Shown in pieces: positions 1-13,156 of a stretch of DNA of 64,000 bases (position 1 is the stretch's first letter; each line of letters starts with the position of its first letter). The notes below the pieces were generated by a model. That model saw only the letters and a list, made by a program, of their open reading frames with translations. It was not told the origin of the DNA and made no database searches. The stretch covers positions 558,001-622,000 of the forward strand of contig OZ237766.1 in assembly GCA_965178125.1 (NCBI GenBank), given 5' to 3'. Made by a program: the position numbers and the translations under genes. The stretch comes from Bilabrum cf. latius. Taxonomy: Eukaryota.

Positions 1-1
1 G

Positions 2-406
2 GCGCAGCGCGCATACGAAGCTGAAGCCAAGGTAGCCGCAGCCGAGGCAGCAGTGTAGGCGGCTGGAACGAAGATGCACCGCATTCGGAAGGAGAGGGGG
101 GAGGTGGAAGAGGAGCTGGCTAGGGCGCGAGCACGTGCAGACGCTGCGGGGGCCGAGGCGGAAGGCCTGAAGCGGGCCGTGGCAGCGCTGGAGGCGGAGG
201 TTCTGGACCATAGGCAGGTGCTAGAAGACACGCAGCGGACCCTCAGATCGTCCCAGCTGGCGGCGCAGCAGGGGGCGGGGGCCGCAAAGGAGCAAGCAGC
301 GGAGGCGGCGCGGCAGCGACGCACGGCCGAGGAGCTGCGGGAGGCATACGCCCGCCTGCAAATGACCCACCAGTCTCTGATCGGGAGCAAGTTGGCGGGG
401 GACTGA
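2..406 (+). CDS. 3' end of a coiled-coil protein (5' partial)
   Basis: Frame is open from the window start through an in-frame TAG (56-58) into ORF 74..406. Ala/Glu/Gln/Arg-rich heptad-like sequence, ends at TGA. Confidence 0.6.
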
Positions 407-827
407 TGGTGCCTGCTTTGAGTTTGCTTGCTGGCTTGATTGCGGATTGCCTGACCGATCATCATGATGACTGATTTACGTTTAGTGGAGCTGAACGTGC
501 GGTCCTGCTGTTGGGCCACGGGTGTGCACCCCTGATGACGATACTGTGCAGATGCTTTCTTTCAAATGGTAACCAAACAGCCGCCCTAGCGCTCAAGTTG
601 TTCTGTGTCACTGTTTGGCCATTTCTGCGACGGATCCATCCGGACTCGAAACCTGGGCCTACTAGGCCCTAAAATGCACTGCGAAGCTGCCTGTGCGTGC
701 TGCACTGAGATTTGAATCTGTCATATAGTATTAGTTCTTGCATATTCGCGAACGACTCTTTGCCAGCGATTTGAGTCAACGAGACTAGACTTAGAGACGG
801 ATCGTTTTTTTGAAATTCACTGTGATC

Positions 828-1334
828 ATGTCACATGCTGAAGCTTTTGCTGCCATGGCGTATGCAGAGTAGTGCCAGCTCAGCGATGTAGCTGGCATTA
901 CGCTGGATTCGAAGCATAGACCGGTCCGTGTAGTTGGATTACAACAAGGCGCGTCCGTGAATGGTGCAGCGGACGCAATGAGGTCATTTGAGGGGCAATA
1001 CATATCGGACGCATTAGTATTGCATCATGCTAGTATTCATCACGAAGATGATGATAAGCATGCTGCTAAATCCCTGGGTAACTCAGCTGGAATGCTGTCC
1101 GTAGCAAGCGATTAGTCCGGTCCCCCGGGATCTGGTGCATCCTCGCTATACTCTGCCAGCGCCTCGGAGGTATCGTCTGCCAGCAAGACGGGGGCGCTGC
1201 CTGTGGCAGCCATCACTTTGGATGATTTTACTTCCTCATGTGCGTCTTTCATAGGCGGTGGTGGTAGCCTGCAGTCCAGTGTTGCGATAGGTCGGTAGGA
1301 TATTGATGGTTTGGATGCTAAGACGCGACAGTAA
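828..1334 (+). CDS. Hypothetical protein (TAG read-through); 3' end uncertain
   Basis: ATG 828 is open to TAA 1332-1334 with only TAG interruptions. That TAA overlaps a GTAAGT donor-like site at 1331, so the gene may splice to an exon ending at TGA 1500. Confidence 0.4.
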
Positions 1335-1513
1335 GTATCCAACTATTGTAAGAGAGGCTTTGCGGTCAGGTATCGTATCGGATTTCTTTATTATTCAGAA
1401 ACTTGTAAGCTTAATTCGGTCGCCTTCAATTAAGAGTAGCGACCAGGATCTTGCTTCAAGATTATGCGTGTTGTTTGATAAATTGTTCCAAAAGTTTTGA
1501 TCAAATTACCAAG

Positions 1514-2968
1514 TCAATCAAATCTCTTTTTCATCTCGGAAATCGCTAATGCAAGACTATCTGCATTACGGATAGGCGTATGACGATCTCTGTAATAGTC
1601 AATTACTTCAAGAAATGGCTAATTTGCCTGAATTAGTCTTGCCACGTCTGCAGTACAGGCGTCAACCCATCCCAAATCCAAATAAATGAGAGTCCCACAT
1701 GGCCATGCTGAACATTTTTCCACAATACTTTCATCAATTCCTTTGCAACCCTCTAGATTGAGTGTTTCTAGCCGCTTACATGAATTGACCAGTGAACTGA
1801 TCCCGCATGCAGTCAAACCATCATTCCAAGAAACATCGAGGAATAAAAGACTGCTGGAAAGGGCACTCTTTGCAAGCTCAAACAAGTCAGCATCAATAAT
1901 ACACCCGCATCTTGCAAGAGATAGCTTCTGTAGATGGATACATGATGAAGCTAAGCTGCTAACGAGGTCCGTAGCTGAGTCCATGTCAAGTTTGCGAGCG
2001 ACAAACAAAAATAGACCAGGACACCGCTTCAGCAAGCAAGAGGCAAGCTCCTCATCCAAGCCATCACACCAGCTTAGATCTAGCTACTCTAGCTTTGAGT
2101 CCACCTTAGACGGGGTTGCAACTATGCTCTCAAGATCGATAGATGCTTCGGCAATACAAAGGATCCTTAATTTACCGCCCTCTGGTGAGAAGGCTGATTT
2201 TAGCATACTCTAAATCACATCTTCGTCTACAAGTCTGGTGCAATTGCACTTGAATTCCTCCAGCCGGGCACCATGTAGGTGATCCAAGGTCAGCGTTCGA
2301 TCTAATTCCACGCTAGATATGTCAAGCCCAGATAGCTTCATTAGTCCTAGCATACTGGATATAGCTTCGACCGAGAGAGACGTACCACAGCACCGTATCG
2401 TAGCTATAGACTTTGATTGAGACAGCGCAGCAAGGCATTCATCCGTGAATCCATCGCACCAGCTTGCATCCACTTCTTGCAGCTCTAAGCAGTTCATGGC
2501 CATCTACTCAAACACGACAGGGTCAGTAGTAGTCCTGCTTACGTCAACGGATTTTAACTATGGAAGGCCGCTGATACATCTGCACAGACTTGGCAGGTCG
2601 ATACTATGGCATCCGCTCAAGCTCAGAGACTGAATACCGGGTGATACTTCTGGTAAACACAATAGCGCTGGACCAATCTCAATAGGGCTCTCGTCCATAC
2701 AAATCGACGTGAACGTGCGTTTGGCAGTGTGTCGCATTACACTCTCAGTTAAGTGGCCAAGTCGTGCAAGCTGCTACAAAGCGCGCTCGCCATGAGATAT
2801 CCCAGTCTCCCCGATCTACGATAAAGCAGCAAAGGCTCCCTCATGCCATTCGCGATCTGTAGATGCTTTGCCTCCGGTTGAGACATACGCAACGATAGTA
2901 TCAACACACATTGCGGCTAGTGACGGCACGGCAGACGAGCACGGCCCCGGAGTGCCGCTCTTTGCCAT
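1514..2968 (-). CDS. Leucine-rich repeat protein (RNI-like / FBXL-type LRRs), 484 aa
   Basis: ORFs 2816..3097, 2210..2503 and 1619..2059 share one frame and are separated only by TAG (7 in total). Repeats include IQSLSLSGC, LQEVDASWCDGF, LE(TAG)LDLSWCDGL and LETLNLEGCKGI. Ends at TGA 1514. Confidence 0.85.
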
Positions 2969-3152
2969 GATACCTTTCGATTGAAACCGATAGTAGTGGA
3001 GCAGTGAGTCTAGTGCCACTGGATTAGCAGAGGGACGATTTGGTGATTCGTGCAGTGCAGTTGCACTATGGTATGGCGAATATGGAACACCGAACACACA
3101 CTATTGAGCACCAGGTTAGCACAAACAAACAGATCCTGCGAACGGTTTTATA

Positions 3153-4718
3153 TCAGTCCTGCCCCTCCACCTTTCGCTTCTTCCCTGCCATTCCAGCTTC
3201 AGCCTCATTCTCCTCCCGCCCACCCCCCTAATCACCCGCCGGCAAGTTGGCCTCTGAGCTGACCGTGCCCTTTTGCTCCTCTTCCTCCTCCCCGGGCCTG
3301 CCACGCTTGGACCCTACGAGCGCCTCCTGCCCGTCTCTACCCTAGCCCTTCTACTTCCCCTATCCCATATGCCCCTTACCCTTCCTCTTCGCCCTACTTT
3401 CCTCCTCATCCCCCTGCTGCTGCTGCTGCTGCTGCTCCCGCAGCGCCCGTGCGCCCGCCCATGCCTCTCGCACCACCTCCGCCCTGTGACGAGTGCCGAA
3501 AGTCAGATACGCCGTGTGCCCCGACTGGCTGCTCTTGGGGAACAGCGACCTGCCGAACCTCTCTGACTTCACCAGAGCCTCCGCTGCCGCAGCCTCGGAC
3601 ACAGCCCGCAGAGGAGCCCTAAACCCGGGAGGAGCGGGCGCAACGGCAGCGTGAGACTTCCGGGAGGAAGCCGAAGCAGACGCACCCGACGAAGATGAAG
3701 ATAAAGCTGACGAAGATGAAGTCGCCCCATCAGCACCAGTGCCCTGTCCCTCAACTACCCCTAACCCAATGCCCTTCCCATCTGCCCCCTTCATCCTCAG
3801 GACTGGCACATGCGCCAGCTTTGCCTCCACCACGTACTCCACCCCCAGCACCTCCACAGTATCCAGATCCACGAAACCGGCGCGGGCGAGGGCGGCGCAG
3901 TTCCGCTGCACCTGCTCGATGCATGGGCTGAAGCAGCAGATGCGGCCCCCGTGCTTCAACGCACTCCCCGCGTGAGGAATGGCCAGCCAGGGCGCGGGGA
4001 GGTCAAGGAACACTGCGTCCACCGCTGGTGAAGGTTCGCTGAGGCCCGCAGGGAACCCTTGGCTTGCGTCTCCGTGCGAGGACACGGCCAAGGGCCCACC
4101 TAGCCTGCCACACGGGCCGGCAGGTCGGAACGGGTCTGGTTCGCTTGCGATGGCGCTGGTGCTGGTGCTTGTGCTTGTGCTTGCCGCTGCAGCACCGGCA
4201 CCTGCTGGCGAGCCACTGTATCCATTATACTCGTTTCCCGCTTTTCCGTTCCCGATCCCCGTGCAAGCCAGCTCCTTGCGGGCGGCGTCCGCACGGCCAG
4301 CGTTGAACTCGAACGTGTAGACCCGTCCAGTCGGGGCAACTGCTCGGGCGAAACTGTGCGTTGCCGAGGCAGAGCCGGTTCCACTCTCGAGCACAACATG
4401 CCCAGGCTTCAACCGAAGGGCGGCAGTGACGGCTGCGATGTCCGGTGCGTACACGATCTGGGTGCGGTGCGACAGGTTCTCTGTCCAGTCCTCTGCCGAA
4501 GCACGGAAAGGCTTGCGAAATTCTTTGCCTCGGTGGTCGTACACGGGGGTTCCAGACATAACCCCAGCGATTGATTCGTGCCGAACGTATCCCTGCACCG
4601 TCTGAATTCGCTTGCCCGGCTTGAGTTTGATCAATTTCGTGTTTCTCGCATCCAACCACTTGATCACGTCCCCGTACTTGAGAAGCCACGGGCGGCGCGT
4701 CCCTTCAACAAAGTCCAT
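3153..4718 (-). CDS. TRMT61A: tRNA (adenine-58-N1)-methyltransferase catalytic subunit (Trm61/Gcd14)
   Basis: Motifs LSHRTQIVY, VLESGTGS, VYTFEF, AVFLDLPAPW, FSPCIEQV and GHTAYLTF. Four TAGs extend an acidic tail ending GKKRKVEGQD-TGA at 3153. Confidence 0.93.
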
Positions 4719-4887
4719 GTCAATCTACTTATCTACTAGTTAGCTAAAATCAGATAGCAACTGTTGTTGGACTAGTTGCAGTTTGTCGAATTAAGAAAGT
4801 TCCGCAAGTCTGCTCAGCGGCGCCGCCGGTGATCCGATCACACATACCACAAACCTCAGACAGGCATTGACAGGGGTACAGGTTGCC

Positions 4888-5698
4888 ATGCAGCCCGTTT
4901 CGCAGCTCGACCACGTGAGATAATAACCTTGATTTATAAGTCAATGCCTTGAGTCTCATGAATTTCCCAAGGACTCGGTAATTTTGCGCAAAGCCAGCAA
5001 TGTTGCGTTTGCTTGAAGGCAACCGAGCGCGCCAAGTGCAAGTCTACCAAGTAAACTTAATACCCGCACTAGTTTGATATCGCAGACCGAGAAGGCTTTC
5101 CTTCGCCAGCCTACCGTTTTCAACGCAAGGAAGAAGGCGCTGGGCCGCCGCCATGGCAAGGGCCTGCGCTTCGCTCGCAACGTCGGGCTTGGCATCAAGA
5201 CCCCCACTGAGGTCTTCACGGTGAGTTAAGTGCCGAAAGCTGTGATCATGTGTTAATCGAACGAAATACCTGCGAGACCCCGCTGGTACTGCACAGGGTG
5301 TGAGCACGGAATCCTCAACCATGTTTCAGTTCGATCGTGCCCTCATTTACGCCACGGCCACGCAGGAGAAGTACGTGGACAAGAAGTGCCCTTTCACCGG
5401 TGACGTGTCCATCCGCGGCCGTATCCTCAAGGGTGTGGTGATCAGCACCAAGATGCAGAACACCGCCATCATTCGCCGGGATTACTTGCACTACGTGCCC
5501 AAGTACCGCCGTTTCGAGAAGCGCCACAGCAACCTTGCTGTGCACGTGAGCCCTTGCTTCCGTATCAAGGAGGGTGACGTTGTGACCGTGGGCCAGTGCC
5601 GCCCCCTGTCCAAGACTGTTCGCTTCAACGTTCTGAAGGTGGACGCAGCCTCGGATGCCAACGCCCAGCGCTCCAAGAAGACCTTCCGCGTGTTCTGA
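4888..5698 (+). CDS. RPS11: 40S ribosomal protein S11 (uS17); exons 4888-4914, 5086-5220, 5366-5698
   Basis: [12 protein letters not shown]...[33 protein letters not shown]...[14 protein letters not shown]. Introns GTGAGA..CGCAG (4915-5085) and GTGAGT..CGCAG (5221-5365) restore the family alignment. TGA stop. Exon 1 is less certain. Confidence 0.95.
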
Positions 5699-6309
5699 GC
5701 GGTGCAGTCGCGACGTGGGATCGAATTGGGTTGATGCAAGCCGGAGGGGTCTTGTGTGGGTTGTTCGAGGCCCGGGGGAGGAGCTGGCTCCGGGCCGCTG
5801 GGGAGTAGGAACCGATGGTGGCGGACGGAAAGGCTGCGTTGGGGCGCGCGCGCGCGAGGTGTGGTGCGTCCTGAGTCGAAATTAGGTTCCAAGTACATAT
5901 ACTTGGACACACTGTGGCAGATGCTGAGGACAAACGATGCCTACTGGTAGTGAATGCTTCACTTGCATGAGGACATCATTTTTTGGCATTGGTGGGTTTG
6001 TTTTCTTCACTCGTCGAATAAAAACACATTACAACCGGTGCACATGTTGTCAGTCCCCAGCATGTCTTGCCAGTCGTCGTGGCCGCTGCCTCTCACCACA
6101 CCACTGCCAGTTCACGTGCAACACGATCCACAGTGCAGTGCTTTCGGTCAGTCTGGAATTAGCTGTTATTGAACTGTCTGTTGCCATTCCAGGTACCTTA
6201 GCAAGCTTCGTACTACCCAAAAAAAAAACACTCTTACTCTATTATCAGGTTGTTTTGCCTTATTGTACATTTCGTCGCCTGCTGACGCTTGCGAAGGCCT
6301 CAGCAAGAT

Positions 6310-9204
6310 ATGAGTTCTTCTGACGTACGGCTGCCCGAGGGATGGACGCTACACACTAGCTCAAAATCAGGCCGGCGATACGTGTTCAATAGTAACACTG
6401 GGACTTCAATATGGCTCATTGGGCAGTCTGACCGGGCTGTGATCGGCTCTCGTGAAGTCGGTATCGAGACGGCATGCGCTGAGCTTCTGCAGAAGAAATT
6501 GCCGCCAAAGCAAGAAAGCAAGCAGCCAGCTGTAGCCGCCAATAAACTAGCCCCTGCCCTTCCTCTTGAACATATTGGCCGGTTGAGCCGGCGCATTGCT
6601 GAGTTATGGATGATGGGGTCGTGTGAAGGTGCGATGGCTCAAATGCTGCACCCCACGGATAGGAACGGCATTAAAAACCCGACTAGTGAAGCTGTTTAGT
6701 GCTGGGACAAGTACCATTCAAAGGAGAGCACGCTACTAGATGAGCTTCGCGCTATCTTTGAGAAGCATGGTATGCTGTTCGATGCCAGCAGGCAGAGGCT
6801 GGTTCCGGCCACTCGCGGTCTGGACAAGCCGCCACCGAACATATTCTGGACTTTTATACCGCATGCAGCCCGAGTGATTGGGGCGGAGCCCCCGAATTGG
6901 AGGTGGGAAGAATGCACGAGGCAAGCCGACTCTCAGCTGCGTCCGTTCCACGTGCCCTCGTCTCGCGAAGAAATGCTTGCTCGCATGCAACTGGAGGGCA
7001 GATCGAAGCAGCAGGGCGAGCGTTAGTCTACCACGCCTGACCTCGGCCTATCAGGTGGCGCGATAGAGCCCGCCCGTCGAGCACTGTACGACTAGAGCAT
7101 CGCGCAGACCAGCATGGACTCATTCGTCGACGCTCAGTGGCCCGTCCCCCAACAGGTCAATGAGGCGGTGCGCAGCTACGTGCACCAGATCATATCGCCG
7201 GAGACGGCGAGGCATTCCCAGACCACCGATATTCTGCGGGGGGCGCTGCCCGTGCGCTGCATGGGAGCAGTCCCCACCCGTACTGTCGTGGTGGGTGCTG
7301 GCAGCTGCCCACCCGTGAGTGTGCGACACGGGGAACGAAACCAGGCGCAGGGGAAAGGAGCACCGGGGATTGGGTCAATAGAACGTCCCGATCGATCCAA
7401 GAATTCAGTGGTCAATGAGCCGGTTGATGTTTCCGCCCGTACCGGCGTTCCGTTCGGGGCAGCCATCAACGCCGCCATTCAAAGCGCCCTCAGCAACGCA
7501 TCCGCTCGTCATGCAGCCGTGGATCTGGTGCTGCTAGATCTGGAGCAGCCGACCGGTCGCAAGGAAAAGGTCGAATTGGACCCGATGGTTCCCAGCCAGC
7601 CGCTTATGCTCGGCCCCTACCTGTTCGCCATGTCTCCAGCCCAGCTCAGGCACTGCAACGGCGTCAGCAGAACCGCTCGCAATGGATGGGAAGCGGCCCA
7701 GTCGCTGCTCGCTCGGATCTCAGCCACCATGGGCGTGGTAACAACGCCCGCGGGAGCCCCTGCCCTGCAGCCCATCGCCCCTGACCTGGACTTCTGGCGC
7801 AACGGGCTCGCGGATCACGCTGCCGACCCCAGGCTGAGGGACGGCCGTATCGTGCCGGCGATTCCGCTGGAGCACCGCAACGCCCCGCTGGTCTCGCACG
7901 GCTGGCTCAGCTCGGACACCAAGAGCATGCTTGCGGCAGCGGTAGCAGTGGCTGACTCGAACGTCGTGCTGGAGCTGGGTGCCTGGTATGGACTGTCCAC
8001 CCGTCACATGCTGCGCATTCGTGCTGACGTGGAGATATGGTCTGCAGACTGGTACAAGGCCCCTGCAATGATCAACTACCGCCTGAGTCGGCTGACACCG
8101 TCGGACAAGTTGTTCTTCAACCATCCCAGGATGGACTGCTTCCTGGCCGGGGTCTCTGCCACCATGGCGGAGCAGCAGCAGCAAGTCCTACCCTCGCCGA
8201 AATCAACGTCGTCCCATGCAGCTGCGGTTTCTTCCTCTTCGTCTTCATCGCTGCTTGGAGCCTCAGGAGCGAGTGCTGGTGGAGCGACCGCGCAAGAGGC
8301 CCCGCGCCAGGCGGTTATGGCCATGAAGATGGACGCAAACGAGGCAATTCGTCACGCGAGCCGGATTGGCATCAAGCCTGGGGTCGTGTTCATCGACTGC
8401 GAGAAGAAGACTGGTCCTCTCATTGGGATGCTGCGGGCAATCCGCTCGTCCTTCCCCGACGCGATCATCGTGGGGGACGACTACATATACCCTTCCGTCC
8501 GGAAGGCCGTGGCGGCAGTCGTTGGAACTAGGGCTGTCGCGGGGGAGGAAGCCTACTGCATCGCGCCTCCGGGCCTGGTCGGCGCGTTCAAGGCACAGTG
8601 GAAGCTGGACGAGTCTGCATGCAGGCCCAGTGCCGCGCACCTGGCGTGCAAGGACAAGCTAGAGGTGAAGCGCGGGCGGCCGGACGCGGCAGCGGCAGTT
8701 GCCATGCTGCCGGGCCTCATTGGATCGTCTTGCTGGAGCCAGGCAGCAGCGGCAATATCTGGTGCGGGCCCGGGCTCGGCCGACGCAGAGTCGACCAAGG
8801 CGATTGGAGCTTCAGACGATGAGGGCGGACTCGGAAGCAAGCGATCCCGCTAGCCTATGGCTGCTTCCGGCGCAGAAGGGGAGCACGGCGGCGGGGCAGG
8901 GAAGGGAACGGCGGAGACAGAGCACGAGCCCGCTCTGAAGAGGTCTCGAACAGACGCAGCGGCAAGCGGTGAAGGCAAGGAAGGAAGCGATTCCCAGCTG
9001 AGCGAAGATGCCCTCTCCGTGTTCTTGCCGGGGTCCCTGGCCCGGTCTGCGATGCACTGCATTGCAGAGAGCAGGGACATAGCTGCGCTGGTCGAGAACT
9101 GGGGCCGCCTGTTCAAGCCCTTGCCGCGCTGCAAAGTGCCGGTACTCAACGCGGCTCTCCTATCCCCGTTAGACTATTTGTCGCACCACGTCAAGTTTGG
9201 TTGA
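6310..9204 (+). CDS. WW-domain + class I SAM-dependent methyltransferase protein, 964 aa (copy 1)
   Basis: Four track ORFs (6289, 6772, 7114, 8857) are in one frame, joined by TAG at 6697, 7024, 7093 and 8851, and end at TGA. WW: LPEGWTLHTSSKSGRRYVFNSNTGTSIW. MTase: VVLELGAWYGLST, VEIWSADW, VVFIDCEK, IIVGDDY. Confidence 0.85.
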
Positions 9205-9990
9205 AAAGCAGCCTGCGATCTGCTCCCAAGGCTTACACGACTCACTAGTGATGAGTTGTTTTTTCCAAGGTGTTCATAAAATGTGGTGGTCGTTCCAGAG
9301 CACCAGGGGGCATATGATATTTTATTGAAGAAAGTCGCATCATTAGCAATAAGCTGTGGCATCAATGATCCGAATTCAATAGACTAATCATAATTACTTT
9401 CAAAACCTTGCCTCGGAGCTCTAATTAAGACTTCCGAGCCCACTTAATATAGTTCTGAAATACTTGGACCCCGTTGCAGTGGGGTTGTGGGGCAATTTAA
9501 AGCTCTTGGAGCATCGGGCTCGATGGCTTCACGATCGGCATCCCAGCTCCTTTCCAATTCCAGCTTTGATCAAGCTGTTGCCAGCTTGATTTCCACCGGA
9601 GGTCTCGTATGCTCTCCAACACTGGCCAGACGAGAGCTCCGTGAGCTCCGCTGGTTGAAGTAATCAGTTTAGCCGAGTCATGGGCATCATCTGCCACCGC
9701 CATGAGGCCCGTTTCGCTGCACACTGCCAGCCTCTTTGCAAGCCGTTCCCTTACTGCATTTCAGGCTACTGATGTGGACCGGATGGGCCTCTGAAGCGAC
9801 ACCAAAGCCAAAAAAGGCAATACAAATTTGAATTCGCAGGGTCGTTGACGTCGTAGTCTGCAGGGTATACATCAGGCGAGACGTCTGGCCACTCCCACTC
9901 AGTCGCGTCGTCTTTGCTGCCTGCCAGGCCGCCACTCCCCTTGTTCACCTCGCCCTAGTGGTCCGACCCATCTCTCCTGTGATCCCATCC

Positions 9991-12393
9991 TCAAAAATTG
10001 CTCCCCGTGCGCCTGTTTGCGCCCCCGCCCCCCTTCGGCGGCACCCGCCGGCGAGCGCGCAGCACTGACGACACCCGAGCCGGGTCCTCGCCCGCCCCCT
10101 CCCCCTCCCCCTCCCCCCTCTCTCTGCCGCCACTGATATCCCGCCCTGTTCCCTAGTCCTAGTCCTAGTCCAGCTGCGGCCCGTCGCTGCCACCGTGCCC
10201 CCTGCTGGCCGAGAGGAGGTGCCAATACGCCGCGCACCGCTGCTGCACCTCCTCAGGAGGACCGATCCCGTCTTTGGCCACCCTGCCGCCGGACAGGCAC
10301 ACCACCTGGTCTGCCACCTGGGCCGCCTGCTGGATGTGGTGCGAAATCAGCACCACCGTGCGATGATTCTCGACAGCCTCCCTTCTCAGCTGCTGCAGCA
10401 TCTCGGCTGCATCGGGCGCGTCATAGCTTGCGTCAGGCTCATCCACCACCAGAACAGGGGCGTTGGACAGCAGCAGCCGAGCGAAGGCCAGCCTCCCTGC
10501 CTCCCCTCCAGACAACTTCACCCCGGTCGGGCCCATGAGGGTGCCCCACCCCTGCGGCCAGCTGGCGCTCACGTCCCCCAGACCCACCTCGTCTGCCAGC
10601 CGTGCCGCTTCGTCCTCCACGAGTTCGGCGCGGGCCAAGCGAAGGTTCTCTAGCGCGGTTGCAACCAGCACGTGGGCGTGCTGCGGTGCGGACGCGATCA
10701 GGCGCCGCGCATCCATCAGCGGAACCTACCTGGTGTCGACCCCCCCCACCCTCACCGCCCCCTCCTGGGGGCATCGCATCCCGCTCAGCAGCCCAATGAG
10801 CGTGCTCTTGCCTGCCCCGTTGCCCCCGCACACAAGGGTCACCGTCCCGGGCTCGCACCGGAAAGACACGCCCAGCACTCCCCGCTCGCCCTATACGGAC
10901 TCGGAGTCACCTTGGTTGTTCCCTGTGCGATGCACGAACCGCGCAGCCTCCACCTCAAGCACGACACCACCCTGTTCGCCACCCCCTTGCATCGTCTTCT
11001 CCGCTCTTCCCCCGCTCCTCATCCTCTTCGTCTACATGCCCTGCACCAGGCCCCGCACTCGCCTGGCTGCAGCCCCGTCAGGATCCATGTCGGGACGGCG
11101 GGCGCAATGGTCCGTGCCAGGGCCAAGGCGCAGTGTGACGAGTGCACCCTGCGAACCGTCCTGCTCCTTCCTCATCTCCTCTCCACCTTCCTCCTCGCCC
11201 TTCTTCTTCTTCTTTCGGCCATCCAGGGGTTGATCCGATCTACCGGTGGACTCGGCCTGCCTTCCCCCCTGCACCTGCCTGCCCTCCTCCAGCATACCGT
11301 GGAGGTGCTGCAGCACGCCCATCTGCGCCCCAGCCCCCGCAATTGCCCTCCTGACCCTTCCCATGGGCACGAACAGCCGGTCCACGTTCCCCCACAGAGC
11401 AGAGCAGTCCCCCACGGTCATGTCCCCTGCCAGCACTCGCGCCCCCGCCATGTACACGCAGGCCAGCAAAGTGCCCGCGTGCACCACCTGCTGCATGGTG
11501 GCAGATACCTGCGTGGCCGTCCAACCGGCTGCCTTCGCCTCCTGTTGCTTCCTGAAGGCAGCCCCCACCCGAGCCCTCACCTGATCCTCCCCGCACAGGC
11601 CCTTGATGGTGGCCGCACCCTGGACAGCGTCTGTCAGCAGCTGGGCCTGCCCCACTGAACGGGTGAGCCAGCGGCTCTTCATAACCTGCTCAGCCTGCGC
11701 ACCTAGGTGCAGGACCAGCCCATCGGCCAGCACGCCCAGCAGGATGGCCCCGGCCACGTTGGGGAGCCGGTAGCGGACGAGCACACGGTAGCACGTGTAC
11801 ACGACGCCCCCAACTGCAGGCAGGACCGTCCAAAGCGTCGAGTCAACGATGCGGTATCCAGCTGGCAGTGCGCGAGTGACGGTGGTCGCCACGTGACCTG
11901 CTTTCCTGGATTCCAGCCAGTCCGCATCGGACGCGAGGATCCGGTCCAGCAGCTTGCCACCGATGCCCTCTTCGACGACCAGACGGGCGCGGTACTGCAG
12001 GTAGTACCTCAGCTCATCGCACCCTCGCACCAGCACTATACAAAGTCCGTACCAAGCGAATACGCTGGCAAATTCGCTGTACCTGGCAGCTGCATCTGTG
12101 CTGCAGTCCTTGCTGTTGCAGAGGACGGTGCTCGCTAAGATGTCCAAAGCCTGCCCCCTTGAGGACCGGCGCATAAAACCTAGAAGCGTACGATGCGATC
12201 AGGCATATCCAGACAGATACAATGTATGCTGCAGACTCCTGCAAGACGAAAGTTAAGCAGGTGCAGCATTCTGATTCATTCAAGAAGCATGCATGCACTC
12301 GGAACCATCTACGCCCAGGCAAGCGGTACGCACAACTGTGCTCGGCAAAGCATAGGGCTGGACAAACTCCCACACAAAGAGCCATGGGACCAT
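9991..12393 (-). pseudogene. ABCB-type half ABC transporter, copy 1 (+1 frameshift near 12160 relative to copy 2)
   Basis: TMD and NBD (GGNGAGKST, APQ, LSGGE, VLVVDE, ISHH) are joined through TAGs. CTC AAG GGG GCA G here vs CTC AGG GGG CAG in copy 2 breaks the frame; this could be a real mutation or a sequence error. Confidence 0.7.
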
Positions 12394-12546
12394 TTAAAGC
12401 AAAGTATTTTTGTCTGTAGACCTAACAGCTTGGGTATGCCGCGGCAACGGTACGAATGCGAGGATATGGAGCACGTGCGGCCGTGTCCGGCCGTCCGTAA
12501 TCCGTATTGAGATAATCACACACAAGAAAAACCTATCGAAAGTTCT

Positions 12547-13140
12547 TAGTAGTGCAGGTGCTCAGAAACCAGCTGCGCCAGCAGGAGCAGCTGACATGCA
12601 GGCAGTGGATGCGTGGTGATGCGGCGGCTGCCCTAGCCGCCACGGCCACGCAGGAGCTGATAGCGGCAACCAATGCGAACGCCCGACTACAGCGACGGAT
12701 TTTCAAGCCCCACGGCTTGCGAAAGGATATAGAGAGGCAATGGGCCAAAGGCATGAGCGCGTAATGGGCCAAAGGCATGAGCGCGTGCATGCTCGCCTCT
12801 CTGAAGGATCGTGAGACGCAGAGGAGGAAATGGTGGGTCTCGACCGGGGACCCCGATGTGGGACTGGACCGCGCCTTGTGCCGGGCACACGCTCCGCACC
12901 TGTATGCTTTCTCCTTGTGAAGGCAACAGGCTGGGGGCCTGTGGGGGACCACACTGCTGCGAAGAATGGGAACTCGGCGGCATAGGCTGAGAACGGGGGG
13001 CCTCTGGCCTAAAATTGTCGGGGGTCTTGTAGTCCTTGTTTTAGGGCTCCTCTGGATCTAGGTGATCACCCAAATCCCTTCGGGGGCGACGGTGCATCTG
13101 GGTGCTTACGGAATCTTTACCCAACAATGTATTTCTGTAT
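12547..13140 (+). mobile_element. 5'-truncated, diverged copy of retroelement family B
   Basis: Similar to 16692-17285. ORF ends HAPHLYAFSL-TGA, and the copy ends in CCAACAATGTATTTCTGTAT. Confidence 0.75.
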
Positions 13141-13156
13141 GGTTCTTTGAGCGAAC

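Noticed and set aside
9750-9990. In-frame protein-like continuation after the ABCB TGA (EWEWPDVSPDVYPADYD...), suggesting TGA readthrough
   Set aside because: This is a single case, no motif was recognised, and TGA is otherwise the dominant stop.
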